A stretch of 64,000 nt of DNA, from assembly GCF_009914755.1 (NCBI RefSeq), contig NC_060934.1; one strand, 5' to 3'. This document shows, piece after piece, positions 25,112 through 38,121 of the stretch. The stretch comes from the human T2T-CHM13v2.0 reference genome, Homo sapiens. Numbering within the stretch: the first letter of the stretch is position 1; each line of letters opens with the position of its first letter. The position numbers and the translations under genes are program-made. The notes under the pieces were generated by a model. It did no database searches. It was not told the origin of the DNA and was given only the letters and a program-made list of their open reading frames with translations.

Positions 25112-28100
25112 AAGCTTTAGATTTATTTTCAAATAAAGTATTGTTGTGATTAACAGATTAATAAAAACATGCCAGGTCTTAGTTTTAATGATTAACTTTG
25201 GGGACTGAGTAGACAGTAAACATTTGGCTAGAATTTCCTGTCCTCAGATACCGTGCGATTGAAAGAAAATCCGCTTGGTGATGTGCTATTTATAACACTA
25301 TTTTAAAAGGTTATCTTGTTCAAATGCAGCATGTGCTTAGGAGTTAAATCCCAGAACTGCCTGACCAAGAAAAAAAAAAAAGGTGCTTTAAAGTAGCATG
25401 TTGTCATAGTAGTGTGAAAATGTGAAGGTGCGACTGGCCGTATGTGAAATGAACGCATTCCCACAGTGACTCCAGCCTCTGGTGAGAAATCCCGAGTCAC
25501 TCTCATGAGTCGAGAAGCCCTCACCAGATGGCAGGGCAGAGAGTTGCTTCCTCAGTGCTTTCAGGTAAAATCTTACATGACAGAGCACAAGAAAACACGT
25601 TACTCTAAAAAGCAAATTGACGGAATCTGTCATTAAAAAAAAACTAAAATTATACAAGACTCTTCATGTCTCAAGGAAAATAATGGAGAAGAAATGTCAG
25701 GCGCTGTGGTTTTTCTGAATAGATTTGAGCACATATGCACCACAAGCCATTTTTTAGGAAAGTCAACTTTTCACACATTTACAGAAATAATTTGCTTCAG
25801 ATCTGCAAAGAAGGCTTGAAGCCACATGTGTTTTCTAAACTGCCAATCCACGATAATGTCTGGAGTATCTTTTTTTTTTTTTTAAATACCTAAATTAGAT
25901 CTATGCAGAGTGTGGAAACAGCAGATAACTAGCAATACAGAGTTAGTAGAGGAAAAAAAAGGAACTTTCTTGAAGCGTCTCCCCTCCCCCAGACAAAGTA
26001 AAATGACTGTATTGTGCTGTTATCGACAGAGTTGCACGCAGCAAATGCTCGAATCATTTCAGAGATAATGAGACATTATGTTTCTTAGTTCACTATTTAA
26101 AAATATAAAACCAACAATTACAGATGGAAACTATTCATTCTGAGATTTATGGAGGGAAAAGCAGAAAAACAAAAAAAAAGTCCATGTCTTTCTAATGGCT
26201 GCGTATACTGCAGATAATTGAGCCACAGAAAGGGAGTTGTGTTTACAGAGAGAAGCCAGCGGGCAAGGAAGATGTGCTGTGGGTTTGGGCCTGGTTCTGA
26301 CACAGTCTCAGCCTCAGGGAGGCCTCTGTGGCTTCTGTGCGTAGAGGCCACAGCCATCACCTCCCTGGGTCTCTGATCTTTCGTGGTCTTGCAATAGTTT
26401 CCAGCAGTGGGAGACCCCGTTACAAAATAAACGGTACCTCAGGCAGAGACTGATCTCACTAGGGAAGCCCATGATTGCAAGAAATGTCACACGTCTAACT
26501 ACGGAGACAGGAAAGCCTTGCTATTTGAATCATTGAAGTCTGGGTGGGTGTACTAGTGAATATCTCATCATAGAATTTAAATGATCTTTCTCTATGTATT
26601 TTCAGCACTGTTCAGCAGCACAGGCATTGTTCTGGAGTAGCCCGTGAACTGTAAACAGATTCTCAGTATGCAGCAGGCAAATCGCCTTGGGTGGATACCT
26701 GAAACTTTAAGTGTTTTAAGCACTTGTCCTGAGATACATTTTTTAGATTATCAATTTGCACTGTGTAGATGTCAAAGCTTAATAGACAAAGACAAACTTC
26801 AGCCCAGCCCTGGTCATAATGAACAAAATTTCTGAAGTTAATAAAATCCTTAAAAAGTACATTATAATGTGTTTAAAAAAATCCATTTTTAGTTAATAGC
26901 AGTAATGCTACTATTCAGTGTTATAAACGGTTTTACAACCAGATTCAAACACTAGAATCTATGCCCTTCAAAAACATTAAACATGTATTTACTTTCATTG
27001 AAAAATACTCATTTGATTTTATTATATTTGTGAAAACATATTTTGCAGTATTTAAATATTGGCGTATTAACTGATAAATTATCTCCTGGTTCCTAGAAAA
27101 CGTTCATTAAGATCTCAAAGGCTTTATCTGTATTTTACATGTTTCTCTGAAGAAAATGTATTATTTAGAAAACAAACAGTGTTGCCATGTGATAGGTTTT
27201 TTTTCAAATGAGACAACACAACGGAATAAAATATATGATCTGTAGCTGCTGAGGCTGAGTCAGTTCCTGTTTCAATAACAAGAGTGTCATCTGCTAAACT
27301 CTAACCAGCACAATTTGTCACCGTGGATGTGGCTTTATTTGTACATGTTGCCAGAAAGTTCTTAGGGAAAATTCACTCATAGTTTTCATACCAAAAAAGA
27401 AACTTTTGGTGAGCAGTTCTGGCTCCGGCTGTGGCCTTGTTTATTATTTATGCTGTAACCAATGCTTCCCTAATGGAAGGGTAATGCTTGCCTAGCTACA
27501 TAAAATAATGCCTCAGTTTTCTCTGGGGAATTAATAATTTGCTCATGTCACCCCAAAGCTCTCACACGCTTGTGCGGTAGTTTTCCAAACAGTGAGCAGT
27601 GCGCCCCAATGGCATGGCAGAGAGAATTCCCAAGCTGAGAATCAGAAGACCTGCAGTTTTGTCTGGCTTTGCTAAGTGACTTTTGGATCTTGGACTTCTG
27701 TTTTCACATCTACAGAATTATGCCATTGAATAACATGTTCTCTATGCTTTCTTCTAGCGAAAAACTCTCTTAATTCTTTTTCTAGAATCATGAAATTGAG
27801 TTGGCAGTCTTTGCTTGGTCAGAGCCTGATGTTTCCTGAATTTAGAACTTGGTTCCCCCGAGACCCTCTGGACTAATTTAAAATGATTCATCCGCGTGAG
27901 TCATTGCCCTGCTGCCTTCAGGACAAGATGTCTATCTATTGTCTTGCTGCTACCATTTTTTACAAATAACTCCAGCTCAGCAGCTGCAGACTCGAGACCC
28001 TGCACCTGGTGACATCGGCCGGAAGACATCAGCTGGCTCTCTGCAGACACACCTGGAGGGAGGGTTTGGGAGGAAGGGGGCTGGGGCCTCCGGTCTGACC

Positions 28101-29774
28101 ACCTCTGAAACACCATCCCAGGCTGTCTCTGAGGTTCATGTGGTTTGGGTCAGATTCTCAGTAGAATGAGAGGCATTTCAGGGACCTTCCAAGTCCTGAA
28201 AGAAGCCACTGGGCAAATAATTGGGTGTCACATTCCTTTTAGAGCCAGAAGGAAACAACATCCTATCAGAAGGAAGGGGAATTTCCTGCCATGAAAAGGA
28301 ATCTTAGAGCAAAACCGAGTCATGGTTTTGCCCGAATTTTAAAATCCTGTTGCTTATATGGAAGCATATGGGTCCTAACAATTTCTCTTTCAAAATCCTC
28401 ATAGTGAATGACATTATGGCCATGTTTCTCCCTCAAGTGTGTCTTAAAAATGCATCTAGAGTCTAACTATAAAGGCATCATTCAGTTGTAATAATTAACA
28501 TCTTATTTGCATTCAGTACAATTCTAAGTTCCACATAAGTGTCTAATCTGGTGATGGGCGTTGTATGATTGCTAAGTAAATATTTGCCGTTGGTTATAAA
28601 GAATGAATAAGATGGGCACGGCCCTGTTTTCCTGTTGTCGTAGCCCAGGGTTGCCTTCTCTATAAACTATGTGTGACTGCAGCTGAATCAGTGAAGCCAT
28701 CACCACCGGCCTCATGCATCACTGTCCTGTGGACCTGTGAGTAGTTCCAACACTCCCATGTGGTCAGCCTGCTTTACTTGAAACTCAGTTACATAAACCT
28801 GTTGAAGATAATGCTGCTATGTGATTGCTGACAACTTTCCAAATGCCCTGTTTGCTGCTCAAGCTGATGTTCCCAAGGAGAGAGTTGCAAGTATTGGAGG
28901 AAGCACCACCCTCAGGGAATGAGCTTGCAATCTGCTTCTCTGTGGCCCTGGGTCAGTCCCAATGTGAGCATGCCAAAGAGGACCCAGGCTGACGTTGGGG
29001 TTTCCATCCGTTCAGAATGACTTGATCCTTCCCTACCAATTAGAACTAATTAGGGTCTCTGGGTGCCATGAAGATCACGAGAAATGCAGAGTCTACTCCT
29101 GAATTGCTTTGTTTCATCAAATGTCTGTGGCTAGATATCAACTAGGGTTGCCATTTCCTGCTTCAGTTCAAATCAGACCGATAATTGCGTTCTGCAGTTG
29201 TCTCCAGCTAGCTGGTCCTCCCTTCCAGGCCCTCTCTCTGCCAGTCTGCTCTGTGCTTCAGGAGAATAATCCTCCTGCCATAGATTGATGGATGCCTGCA
29301 CACTGCTTTCACTTCCCATTTTAAGACCTCATCCCTCCAGGCAGCCTCCCTTGGTTTGGAATCTTGGCTGTGAATTGCCAAACCTCAAGCCCCCTGCAGG
29401 CTTACTTAGCTCTGCGTCCCTATAACATCCCATAGCTCCAGCCGTATCCGTCTGCATCCCAGCCCGCAGTGCGGTCAAGAGCTGTAAAGTCACTTCTCTC
29501 CTTCTGGCTGGTTGTTTATGTGGACTGACTGTCCTGCTGGCTGCCTTTGCTGATGAGAGTGTTGCCTTCCACAGAGATCAGGCCACCTGGGAGAGCCACT
29601 TCTGTCCACCCATCCCTGAGGGGATGCTTCTCCGTCCCTTCTGCATGCCTCCTGCACTCGGTGGCTGTGCTCTGGGAGAGTTACCCTGCGATCTACACTT
29701 TCGGCTGCACCACCCTCTGCAGTGAAGAGTGTCTAAGGTTTCCCTACTGCACAGAACACTCGAGATCCGTGGTG

Positions 29775-29930
29775 TGACAGGAAGAGCTTTCCAGCTGCGT
29801 GGCCTTGGGCCGTCTTACTCTCTGGGCCTCAGTTTCCTCATTGGTAGCATGGAGCACTGAAAGCTACGAACAGGAGCTGTGAGGGTGAATGGAGGATTCA
29901 TGCCAGAGCCTGGTGGGATGCCCCTGCAGA
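29775..29930 (+). mobile_element. MIR
   Basis: AGCTGCGTGGCCTTGGGC...CTCTGGGCCTCAGTTTCCTCAT core. Confidence 0.7.
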
Positions 29931-30521
29931 GCAGATGCTCAGGAAACCCTCCTGCCAGCTCCTGGGGAGCACGGGAGGCGCTGGCTCCTTAGTTCTCTAT
30001 GGAAGGACGGTTCTGCACCAGATATTATTATTAGAGTCTCTTATTTGGAATTCTGGACTTGTGTGCTCGACAGGGGCCTCAAGTCCCCAGTGTCGCTCAA
30101 TAGTGACAAACCCAAATAAAAGATCCTGGCAAATGATTAGCAGCCTTTCCTGCTGCTGTGCTCATAAACGCTGTTGCTATTTTTGGGCCAGCATTGTTCA
30201 ACCTGGATTTAGTTCTCCTTTGCTGTCTATTTTGGCTCTGACCTGCTCTGAAAGGGCAGGCTCCACGCCGGGTGTCACGCCCAATGGCTTCTCCACGGTC
30301 TTTGTCCAAATGGACTCAGTGAGGATATCACCAGCGGAAAAGTAAAAGATGAGAGGACTTGAAAAAAATATCTTCCATTCAGAATCTTTTTAAAAATATA
30401 CTTTCAAACAAAGAGGTATTATAGAAAGCATTTTGCTTTTTCGTTTAAAGCTAAAGAAAATCAGAGTCACCTAGAAATGTGAGTTACTGGAGGAAGAGAG
30501 GAATGGTTAAGATCATTCTAC

Positions 30522-31181
30522 AGTGTCTATATGTACTTATATATCCCAGTGTCTGTGTGTACATGCGTGTATGTCTGTGTATGTATGTGTGTCTGTGTGT
30601 GTCTCTCCATGTGTCTGCCTATATATCTGCATGTGTATACGTGTGTATGTATATCTGTGTATGTACATGTGTATATATGTGTATGTCCGTGTGTGTCTCT
30701 GTGTGTCTCTGTGTGCATGTATGTGTATATGTGTGTCTGTATGTATACATGTATGTCTGTGAGTCTCTTTGTGTGTCTGCCTGCATATCTGCGTGTGTGT
30801 GTGTATGCTCTGTGTGCGTTTCTATATGTCTGTGTGTCTGTGTATACACATGTGTGTCTGTGAGTCTCTCTGTAGGCGTCTCTCTGTGTGTCTGCCTGCA
30901 TATCTGCATGTGTGTATGTGTGTATGGTCTGTGTGTGTTTGTATGTGTGTCTTTGTGTCTATGTGTATTCATGTGTTTCTGTGGGTCTCTCTGTGTGTCT
31001 GCTGCATATCTGCATGTATGCATGTGTGTATGGTCTGTGTGTGTTTGTATGTGTGTCTGTGTGTCTATGTGTACGCATGTGTGTCTGTGAGTCTCTCTGT
31101 GTGTCTGCCTGCATATCTACATGTGTGTATGTGTGTATGGTCTGTGTGTGTTTGTATGTGTATCTGTCTGTGTCTGTGTGT
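30522..31181 (+). repeat. Degenerate (TG)n-rich repeat with ~106-115-bp higher-order period
   Basis: GTGTCTGCCTGCATATCT recurs at ~30771, 30886, 30993 and 31099. Confidence 0.95.
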
Positions 31182-31637
31182 AATTCTTTATCTCCTCCGT
31201 TTTCTGAGCAGGCTGGTCCTTTGAATCCCAGGAGATAATTTTTCCTTATACTTACTAGAGGAGTCTGTCAATACAGTAGAAGCACAATGTAAATGGGGGA
31301 TTAACACCTTGAGATAATTTGAATCCACTGTCATTCACCCTTTCTGAAATGCACAAGCTTGCAGGCACCTACCCTCCTGCTACAGGACAGAAAAAAACAC
31401 GGTGGTTTTATTTCCATTTCTTATCACACGGTGTCCACTGCCTGAGCTGCACAGGGAGGCATTTTGTCATTTCACTGTAGGGGTCTCCTGTGGCCCCGAA
31501 TCTCATGTGTTTGTGTCCCTAGGAGCTGCAGCCCCAACCATGTCATGAAGAGGGGTCGGCACGGGGGCTTCTGGCTGTGGCACACACACGTGTTAACCTA
31601 TAAGGCTCACTTCCTGCCCACAAGGGTCAGAGTGTTG

Positions 31638-31930
31638 TTTTTTTTTTTTTGAGACGGAGTCTCCCTCTGTCGCCCCGGCTGGAGTGCAGTGGCGCGATCT
31701 GGGATCACTGCAAGCTCCGCCTGCCGGGTTCACGCCATTCTCCTGCCTCAGCCTCCTGAGTAGCTGGGACTACAGGAATCTGCCACCACACTCGGCTAAT
31801 TTTTTGTATTTTTAGTAGCGACGGGGTTTCACCGTGTTAGCCAGGATGGTCTCAATCTCCTGACCTTGTGATCCACCCGCCTCGGCCTCCCAAAGTGCTG
31901 GGATTACAGGCGTGAGCCACTGCGCCCTGC
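31638..31930 (-). mobile_element. AluY
   Basis: AluY-diagnostic GCAAGCTCCGCC, TTCACGCCATTCTCC and TTAGCCAGGATGGTCTC; many CpGs retained. Confidence 0.92.
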
Positions 31931-34617
31931 TGAGAGTTTTTTATTGATCATTCAGTGATTCTGAAGGGAAGACAGTTCTACTCTCACTGCCAGTGACAGC
32001 ACAGCCCAGGAGAGCAAGGGCAGGCTCCTCTCCAGGTGTGGCTGCTCTCCATGGCCTGGGTCATAGTCTGGAGATGACTGAAGAGTTAGTCTTGGGGCTG
32101 TTGCTTGTGAGAACTGGAGAGGTGTGTGTCATTATCTGAATCGGCCAGGCCCACGCCAGGGTGAACTGGGCTTACAGGAAATGCAGTCACAGGTGAGACA
32201 ACCTTTGGCACCAGCTCCCAACTTTCAGTTCAGAGAACGGTGAGTTCCCGGTACAGGGAGTGGAAGCTGATGTCATTGAAAAGATATTGCCTTGCTTTGA
32301 AATCAGCAAGCGTGGTCAAAGTTCTCCAGTATATACACACAGAGGAAAAATGTGGCTCTGAATCACCATGGGCAGCTTTTTGATAAACAGATATTCAAAA
32401 AAAAAAAAAAAAAAAAACAACAGAAAAAACAGCCCATGTGTGGTTTTTCTGAGAATGCTACACGGCTTTCATATGTGCATTTTGACCCTAATTTCACTTA
32501 CAACTTTCTCATAAGATACTGTTAGGAGTGAAAAGCCACAATTAGCTCTAGGCCAAGAGTGAATAATTTCAACAGCCTCTCTAAGATGGTTTATATTTTT
32601 GGAGCCATATATGGGTGAAAGTAACGATTTCCACAGGAGGACAAACAAAAGGAGATTTTTGCACACAACAGGGAAAAGAAAAAGGTTTAAACTTTCACAT
32701 GTGAAAAAGTTCAAATTCCCAAGCCTTGCTGAACACAGCCCCAGGTAGTTTTAAAATTTGCTTTCAATAAAAATTTATTTGAAATGAAATGCTTTACTAA
32801 CTTTCATGGCTAAATCAGGAAACACCGTTTTCACTAATTAATATTAAACAGTTGGCGAGCACAGCACTTCTGGATGTGTTCCTTCTTCATAACTAAAAAT
32901 GAGTGAAATTGTAATTGAATTCTGATGATAATCTTAATAGCATCATTCTCTACGTTGACTCCTTAAAGCAATTTTATATTTGCAAATTGTCTTTGCCTTC
33001 CTTTTAGCTTAGTTATATAGCTTGCTTTGCTCAAAGAGTAAAATTAAAGTCTTAACTAATGTCAAATGGTTTTGCTTTTCCTGTGTAAACATAAATATGT
33101 TAAGAAATGTATAGTAAGTTATCTTATTTTAATAGAGACTCATCAGTGCTAGTTATTTAGTGCCTCTCAATAGTATTTCTGGCAAACTGCACATGGCCTT
33201 CCTCATAGAATGAGGAGTGGGCATTGACATGAATTTCTAAATTGTGGCATTTCCTGGCATGATGTCAGTTGGCTTAATCATCTCAACTGTCAGCTCACAC
33301 CCTTGACAGCCAGCTCGGGAGCTGGGGAGAGTCCAAATTTGGTGTTCTGAAGGAGCTCACAGGGGTCTCTGGCACGTAATGATCACCTTGAAAGTCATCG
33401 ATTTCAAAAAGAACATTCCACTGTGGAAGAGCAGCCAAGAGAAGCAAACCTCAGGCACACACAGTCTGTAACAGAAACCGAAACTCCTAGCAGGAAAATA
33501 CCATGACCTGCAGTGACAGGGCCAGACCATTTCAGTGAACTCAGCATGCAGAACTGTGTGGGGAAGGGCCCCATGAGAGAGTTACTATGATTATTATTAA
33601 GAGGTGAAAAACATTCTCTAAAATGGTGCGGTGTCAGAGTTAGTTTCCAGAAGGCTTGCTAACCTGCAGGGGCTGGGGTAGAAAGTCATTCTATAAAAGG
33701 CATAGGTGCAGCTGTGACTTCGAACGTTTCCCTGTGGATGAGATGCCCACACATTTCAGGACACATGTACTATGACGTTTTGGGTGCAGAGAAACGCTGC
33801 ACCAATCACTCAGCTCCTGTCTCTCTGCCATCAATTTTGTCAAATGTCAAAAATCATCTATTCAGAGATGCCTATGTAGAACAGAGGAGGGGACTCTGAG
33901 TATTTAGGAGTCAGTTTCCTAACTCAGCTCATCACCCTCTCACTCAGGACAACTTCCGCTTGCCTAGTGGGGAGAAGCTTCCAAGTGCAGTGTGGGCACT
34001 GGAGGGAATGCCTCGGCCACAGTTCCCGTGGAAATCTCGGGGATTTAAGTCTTTAACCAGCCCCGCAAAGACCACAACCCTCCCTCCACCATCCACTGAC
34101 AGCTTTCTTGGCTCCCTAAGCTGTTCTGCACTGAGTCCTCAACTTATCTTCTCTGCTGACATTTCCCCTAGTTGTGGTGGTCATGCCCGCCAGGGAGCTG
34201 CTCCCTCTGAAGGTGATCCTGCCCCATCTCCGGGCCTCACGGGCATGGCTGCTCCAAAGACCGCGACCAATTTCCTCCTCTAAATCACGTGGGATGCATC
34301 CAAGGGCTCCTTGGGGCTCAGCCCTTGTTAAAAGAGTGCAGCTTACAGACCACACACTTCTTTGTAAAAAAAAAAAAAAAAAAAAGAAAGAAGAAAGAAA
34401 GAAAGAAAGAAACTCTCGTTGTATTCTTCAAATTCTGGAAGGAGGCAGGACTTAAAAAAAAATTACTGGTAATTCAAGTTCTTCTCCTTAATGTAGAAAT
34501 AAACCGTGCTGAAATTCCGGTCACAAAGGCCATTGGCTTGGGCCTTCTTAGTCAATATGTATGGCAGACTTTTGAGAGCTTCATTCACCTGTTTATGATA
34601 ATAATTAGAAGATAGTA

Positions 34618-34854
34618 CAGGTTAGGCATCTCAAATCCAAAACTATGAAATAAAAAATGCTCCAAAATCTGAAACATTTTGAGTGCCGACATGATGCTCA
34701 AAAGAAATGCTCATTGGAGCATTTCGGGCTTTGGATTTTCAGATTTGGAATGCTCAAATGGTACGTTTATGATGTAAATATTCCCAAATCCAAAAAAATC
34801 TGAAATCTGAAACACTTGGGTGCCAAGCATTTTGGATAAGCAATACTCAACCTA
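34618..34854. mobile_element. Tigger4a (MER46A)-like TcMar DNA transposon
   Basis: TA|CAGGTT...ATACTCAACCT|TA termini; internal AATGCTCCAAAATCTGAAAC and CATTGGAGCATTTC. Confidence 0.85.
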
Positions 34855-35332
34855 TATACACCTATCAATTTGTTCCCAGCTGGAGAGGAAAGAAAAAGTC
34901 AACCACACTGATATATCAGCAAATATGTACCAAGCATTTCTGAGTAAGTACAAGTTGTAGAAAGTCAGGGATACCAAGAAAGGACATGAACAATTCTGAA
35001 GCAACTTCAAAACGCAGATAACTGATTTTTTTTAGGTAGTAAATACATAAGTATTTACAATGTGCAAAGTATCTTGATAAATTCTATTAATACAAATGAA
35101 GGTACACTGACTCCTCTTCTAAGGGAAATTGCAGATGAAGGTAACAGCATAACCCTAGATCCCAAAGGACACTGGGTTCTGGGTTCTGCTTGTTAACACT
35201 CAGGTTCTGTTGTGTTGTCACATGGCCGTTGTGTAGGTCACTGTCAGGAGAGTTTTCAACAGAGGCTTCTAGATCAGTGGTTTTGTGTCCAGTTTATTTA
35301 CTCATGCCTCATACCTTCATTATTGACACCGA

Positions 35333-36348
35333 AGGTTGGAGAGAAATGAGGTTGAATCACTGCTGTTGAAATTTAAATATCTTCCTGTCTAATCTGTTAT
35401 TATTTCAGATTTGTATGTGAGGGAAACCCACATGTAGAGAAGTTAGGAAATCTTCCCCCAAATCGCACAGCTGGTAAATTCCAAAATCAGAATTCAAGCT
35501 TCAGGGAGTTGAATCCCAAGGCCAGGGACCTGGTTTCCATAGCTCGTCATCTCTGTCTCTGATGTTTTCCTCCCCTCCAGTCCCTGCCGGGACACCTGGG
35601 GTGCTCACGGGGCATCTAGCTGTCTATTTTCACAGTCACACACATCTTTAATTTATCAAGGTAGAATGGTGTCTATCATACTGTTTTAATTCTTCTAAGA
35701 ATGTAGCCTGTATATTATCTATATCAATGAATTAATATCTATTTCTTTAATTGTAAGGTCTACATAATTGTATGAAAACAATGTATGAATGCATACCCGG
35801 TTTATAGTGACTATCCCCATTGCTCATGGGGAAGGCTGGGATTAGAAATGCTGGAAGACAGGACACATACGTTTTTAAGGCTTTCTGTATATTTTCTCAA
35901 ATTTGCTTTAAAAGTGACATCAGTTTGCATTCACATCAACTGCATTTTGGAGTAGACACAGGGCGTTGATTTTACAAATCTGCCGGCATTTGAGGAGTAA
36001 GCGTTTGTTCTAAGGCTTAAGCCACTACAAGAACGCACACCACAATGATCAAGCCACACAAAGTCCTCTGGTGACTCATGAGGTTGGAGAGAAATTGCTG
36101 CTGTTGAAATTAAAATATGTTCCTCTCAAATCTGTTATTATTTCTGATTTATATGTGAGGGAAACCAACACTTAGAGAAGTTAGGAAATCTTCCCCAAAT
36201 CACACAGCTGGTAAAGTCCAAAAATCAGAATTCAAGCTCAAGGGAGCTGACTCCCAGGGCCAGCGGCCTGGTTTCCACAGCCCGTTGTCTCTGTCGCTGA
36301 TGGTTTCCTCCCCTCCCCTCCAGCCCTGCCAGGACATATGGGGCACTC
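35333..36348 (+). repeat. Local ~270-bp diverged direct duplication (35333-35606 and 36081-36348), each copy containing a MIR-like core
   Basis: Shared blocks AGGTTGGAGAGAAAT, AATCTGTTATTATTTC, ATGTGAGGGAAACC, AGAGAAGTTAGGAAATCTTCCCC, AAAATCAGAATTCAAGCT. Confidence 0.92.
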
Positions 36349-36552
36349 CCCGAAGGGGAGCCTTGGTCACCTGCTTTTTCTTAAATGACACAAGCTCTGG
36401 CCACTTGACTTTGTCTCGTTGGCCAGATTCACTGAAGCACTTAAAACACAATGACTAGATTCATTTTTCATGCACAGAACATTCGAGGATCCTGAATGCA
36501 AACACTCTTGGATGATCCAGAAGTAGTTCAATCCACAGGGTAAGTATAGTCT

Positions 36553-36560
36553 GTTTATTT

Positions 36561-36600
<40 letters not shown>

Positions 36601-36891
36601 TTTTTGAGACGGAGTCTCGCTGTGTTGCCCAGGCTGGAGTGCAGCAGAGCTATCTCGGCTCACTGCAACCTCCGCCTCCCGGATTGAAGTGATTCTCCTG
36701 CCTCAGCCTCCCAAGTAGCTAGCTGGGATTATAGGCATCTGCCACCATGCCTGGATAATTTTTGTATTTTTAGTAGAGATGGGGTTTCGCCATGTTGGCC
36801 AGGCTGGTCTCAAACTTCTGACCTCAAGAAATCCACCAGCCTCCACCTCCCAAAGTGCTGAGATTACAGGTGTGAGCCACTGCGCCCGGCC
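36553..36891 (-). mobile_element. AluS with (TTTA)n microsatellite tail
   Basis: ~12 TTTA units, then a full Alu body ending GCGCCCGGCC. Confidence 0.95.
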
Positions 36892-37099
36892 CCTAGGATA
36901 TTTTTTGATGTGGTTTTTGGTGTAGAATGTTTTAGCAGACTAGGATGTGTTTTGAGAAGTCCCTTGTAGGACTTTTCTATTGCTGCAAGATAGTCACGCG
37001 TGCAACGAGTGAATGGAGGTGTTTCTTTTGCTTTCTTTTTTTGGCTGTGCAAATACACAGAGCAAAAAAAAAAGCTATTTGAAAAGAATCTACTAGTCT

Positions 37100-37207
37100 G
37101 TTTTTTGTTTTTTTGTTTGTTGTTGTTGTTTGTTGTTGGTTTTTTTTTGAGAAGGAGTCTATTTCTGTCACCCAGGCTGGAGTGTAGTGGCGTGATCTCG
37201 ACTCCCT
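37100..37207 (-). mobile_element. Alu 3' fragment
   Basis: T-rich tail + GAGAAGGAGTCT...CCCAGGCTGGAGTGTAGTGGCGTGATCTCG, then truncated. Confidence 0.85.
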
Positions 37208-37765
37208 GAAACCAACTACTCTGTTTTTTGAATTCTTGCTTCTTCACGTCAGTGCAGTGCGAGATGCATGGTGAAAGGCACACCTGTGTAAGTGACATGG
37301 CATCTGCTCCTACACACTCAGACAGTTTAAAGGACTTAGTGCTATTCCACCTTCATCAGGGTGCAACCCAAAACTAACAGAGGGACAAGAAGGAAAACCC
37401 AACCACACAACAGATCACCTTGACAGGTGATCTCCAAGGTGATCCAGAAGTAGTTCAATCCATGGGCTATCGATTTTATTTTTTAGAGCATCATCATCCG
37501 AGGTGATGCTCTAAGACATGTGGGTGTGGAATTAAAACTGGGGTTATAGCAGCATGTTCTAGGAATAGCACTGAATCTGTTACCTTTGCTTTTTTTCTTC
37601 CATATTTCCACATTTCCTTTAAAAGGAATCCCAAGAAGCTGGATGTTATCTGTACCCTTTTCCCACTGGCATCTGGAAGAACCTAAGTTAAGGAAAGATG
37701 TTTGCTGCACTCTCTTGTTTTTTTATGTTTATGATGCTAACCCATGCTAGTCACTATTGCTTTGA

Positions 37766-38121
37766 GCTATGGTCTGAGTGTCTACGTCCCCTTCAAAATT
37801 CTTATGTTGAAATCCTAACCCCCAAGGTGATCGTATTAGGAGGTGGGGCCTTTGGAAGGTGAGGAGGACTTGAGGGTGGAGTGCTCATGAATGGAATAAG
37901 TGCCCTCCTAAAACATTGGTCGGGGGACATCCTCACCCTTTCCACCATATAAGGACACAGTGAGAAGGAGCCATCTATGAGCCAGAAATTCAGCCCTCAC
38001 CACACAGAACCTGCCAGTGTCTTCATCGTGGACTCCTTAGCCTCTGGAACTGGGATAAATAAATTTCTGCTGCCTATCAGCTACCTGGTTTATGATATTT
38101 TGTTATAGCAGACCAAAGACA
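37766..38121 (+). mobile_element. MLT1A/MST-like MaLR solo LTR
   Basis: GCTATGGTCTGAGTGT...ATGTTGAAATCCTAACCCCCAAGGTGAT...AATAAATTTCTG...TTTGTTATAGCAG. Confidence 0.85.
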
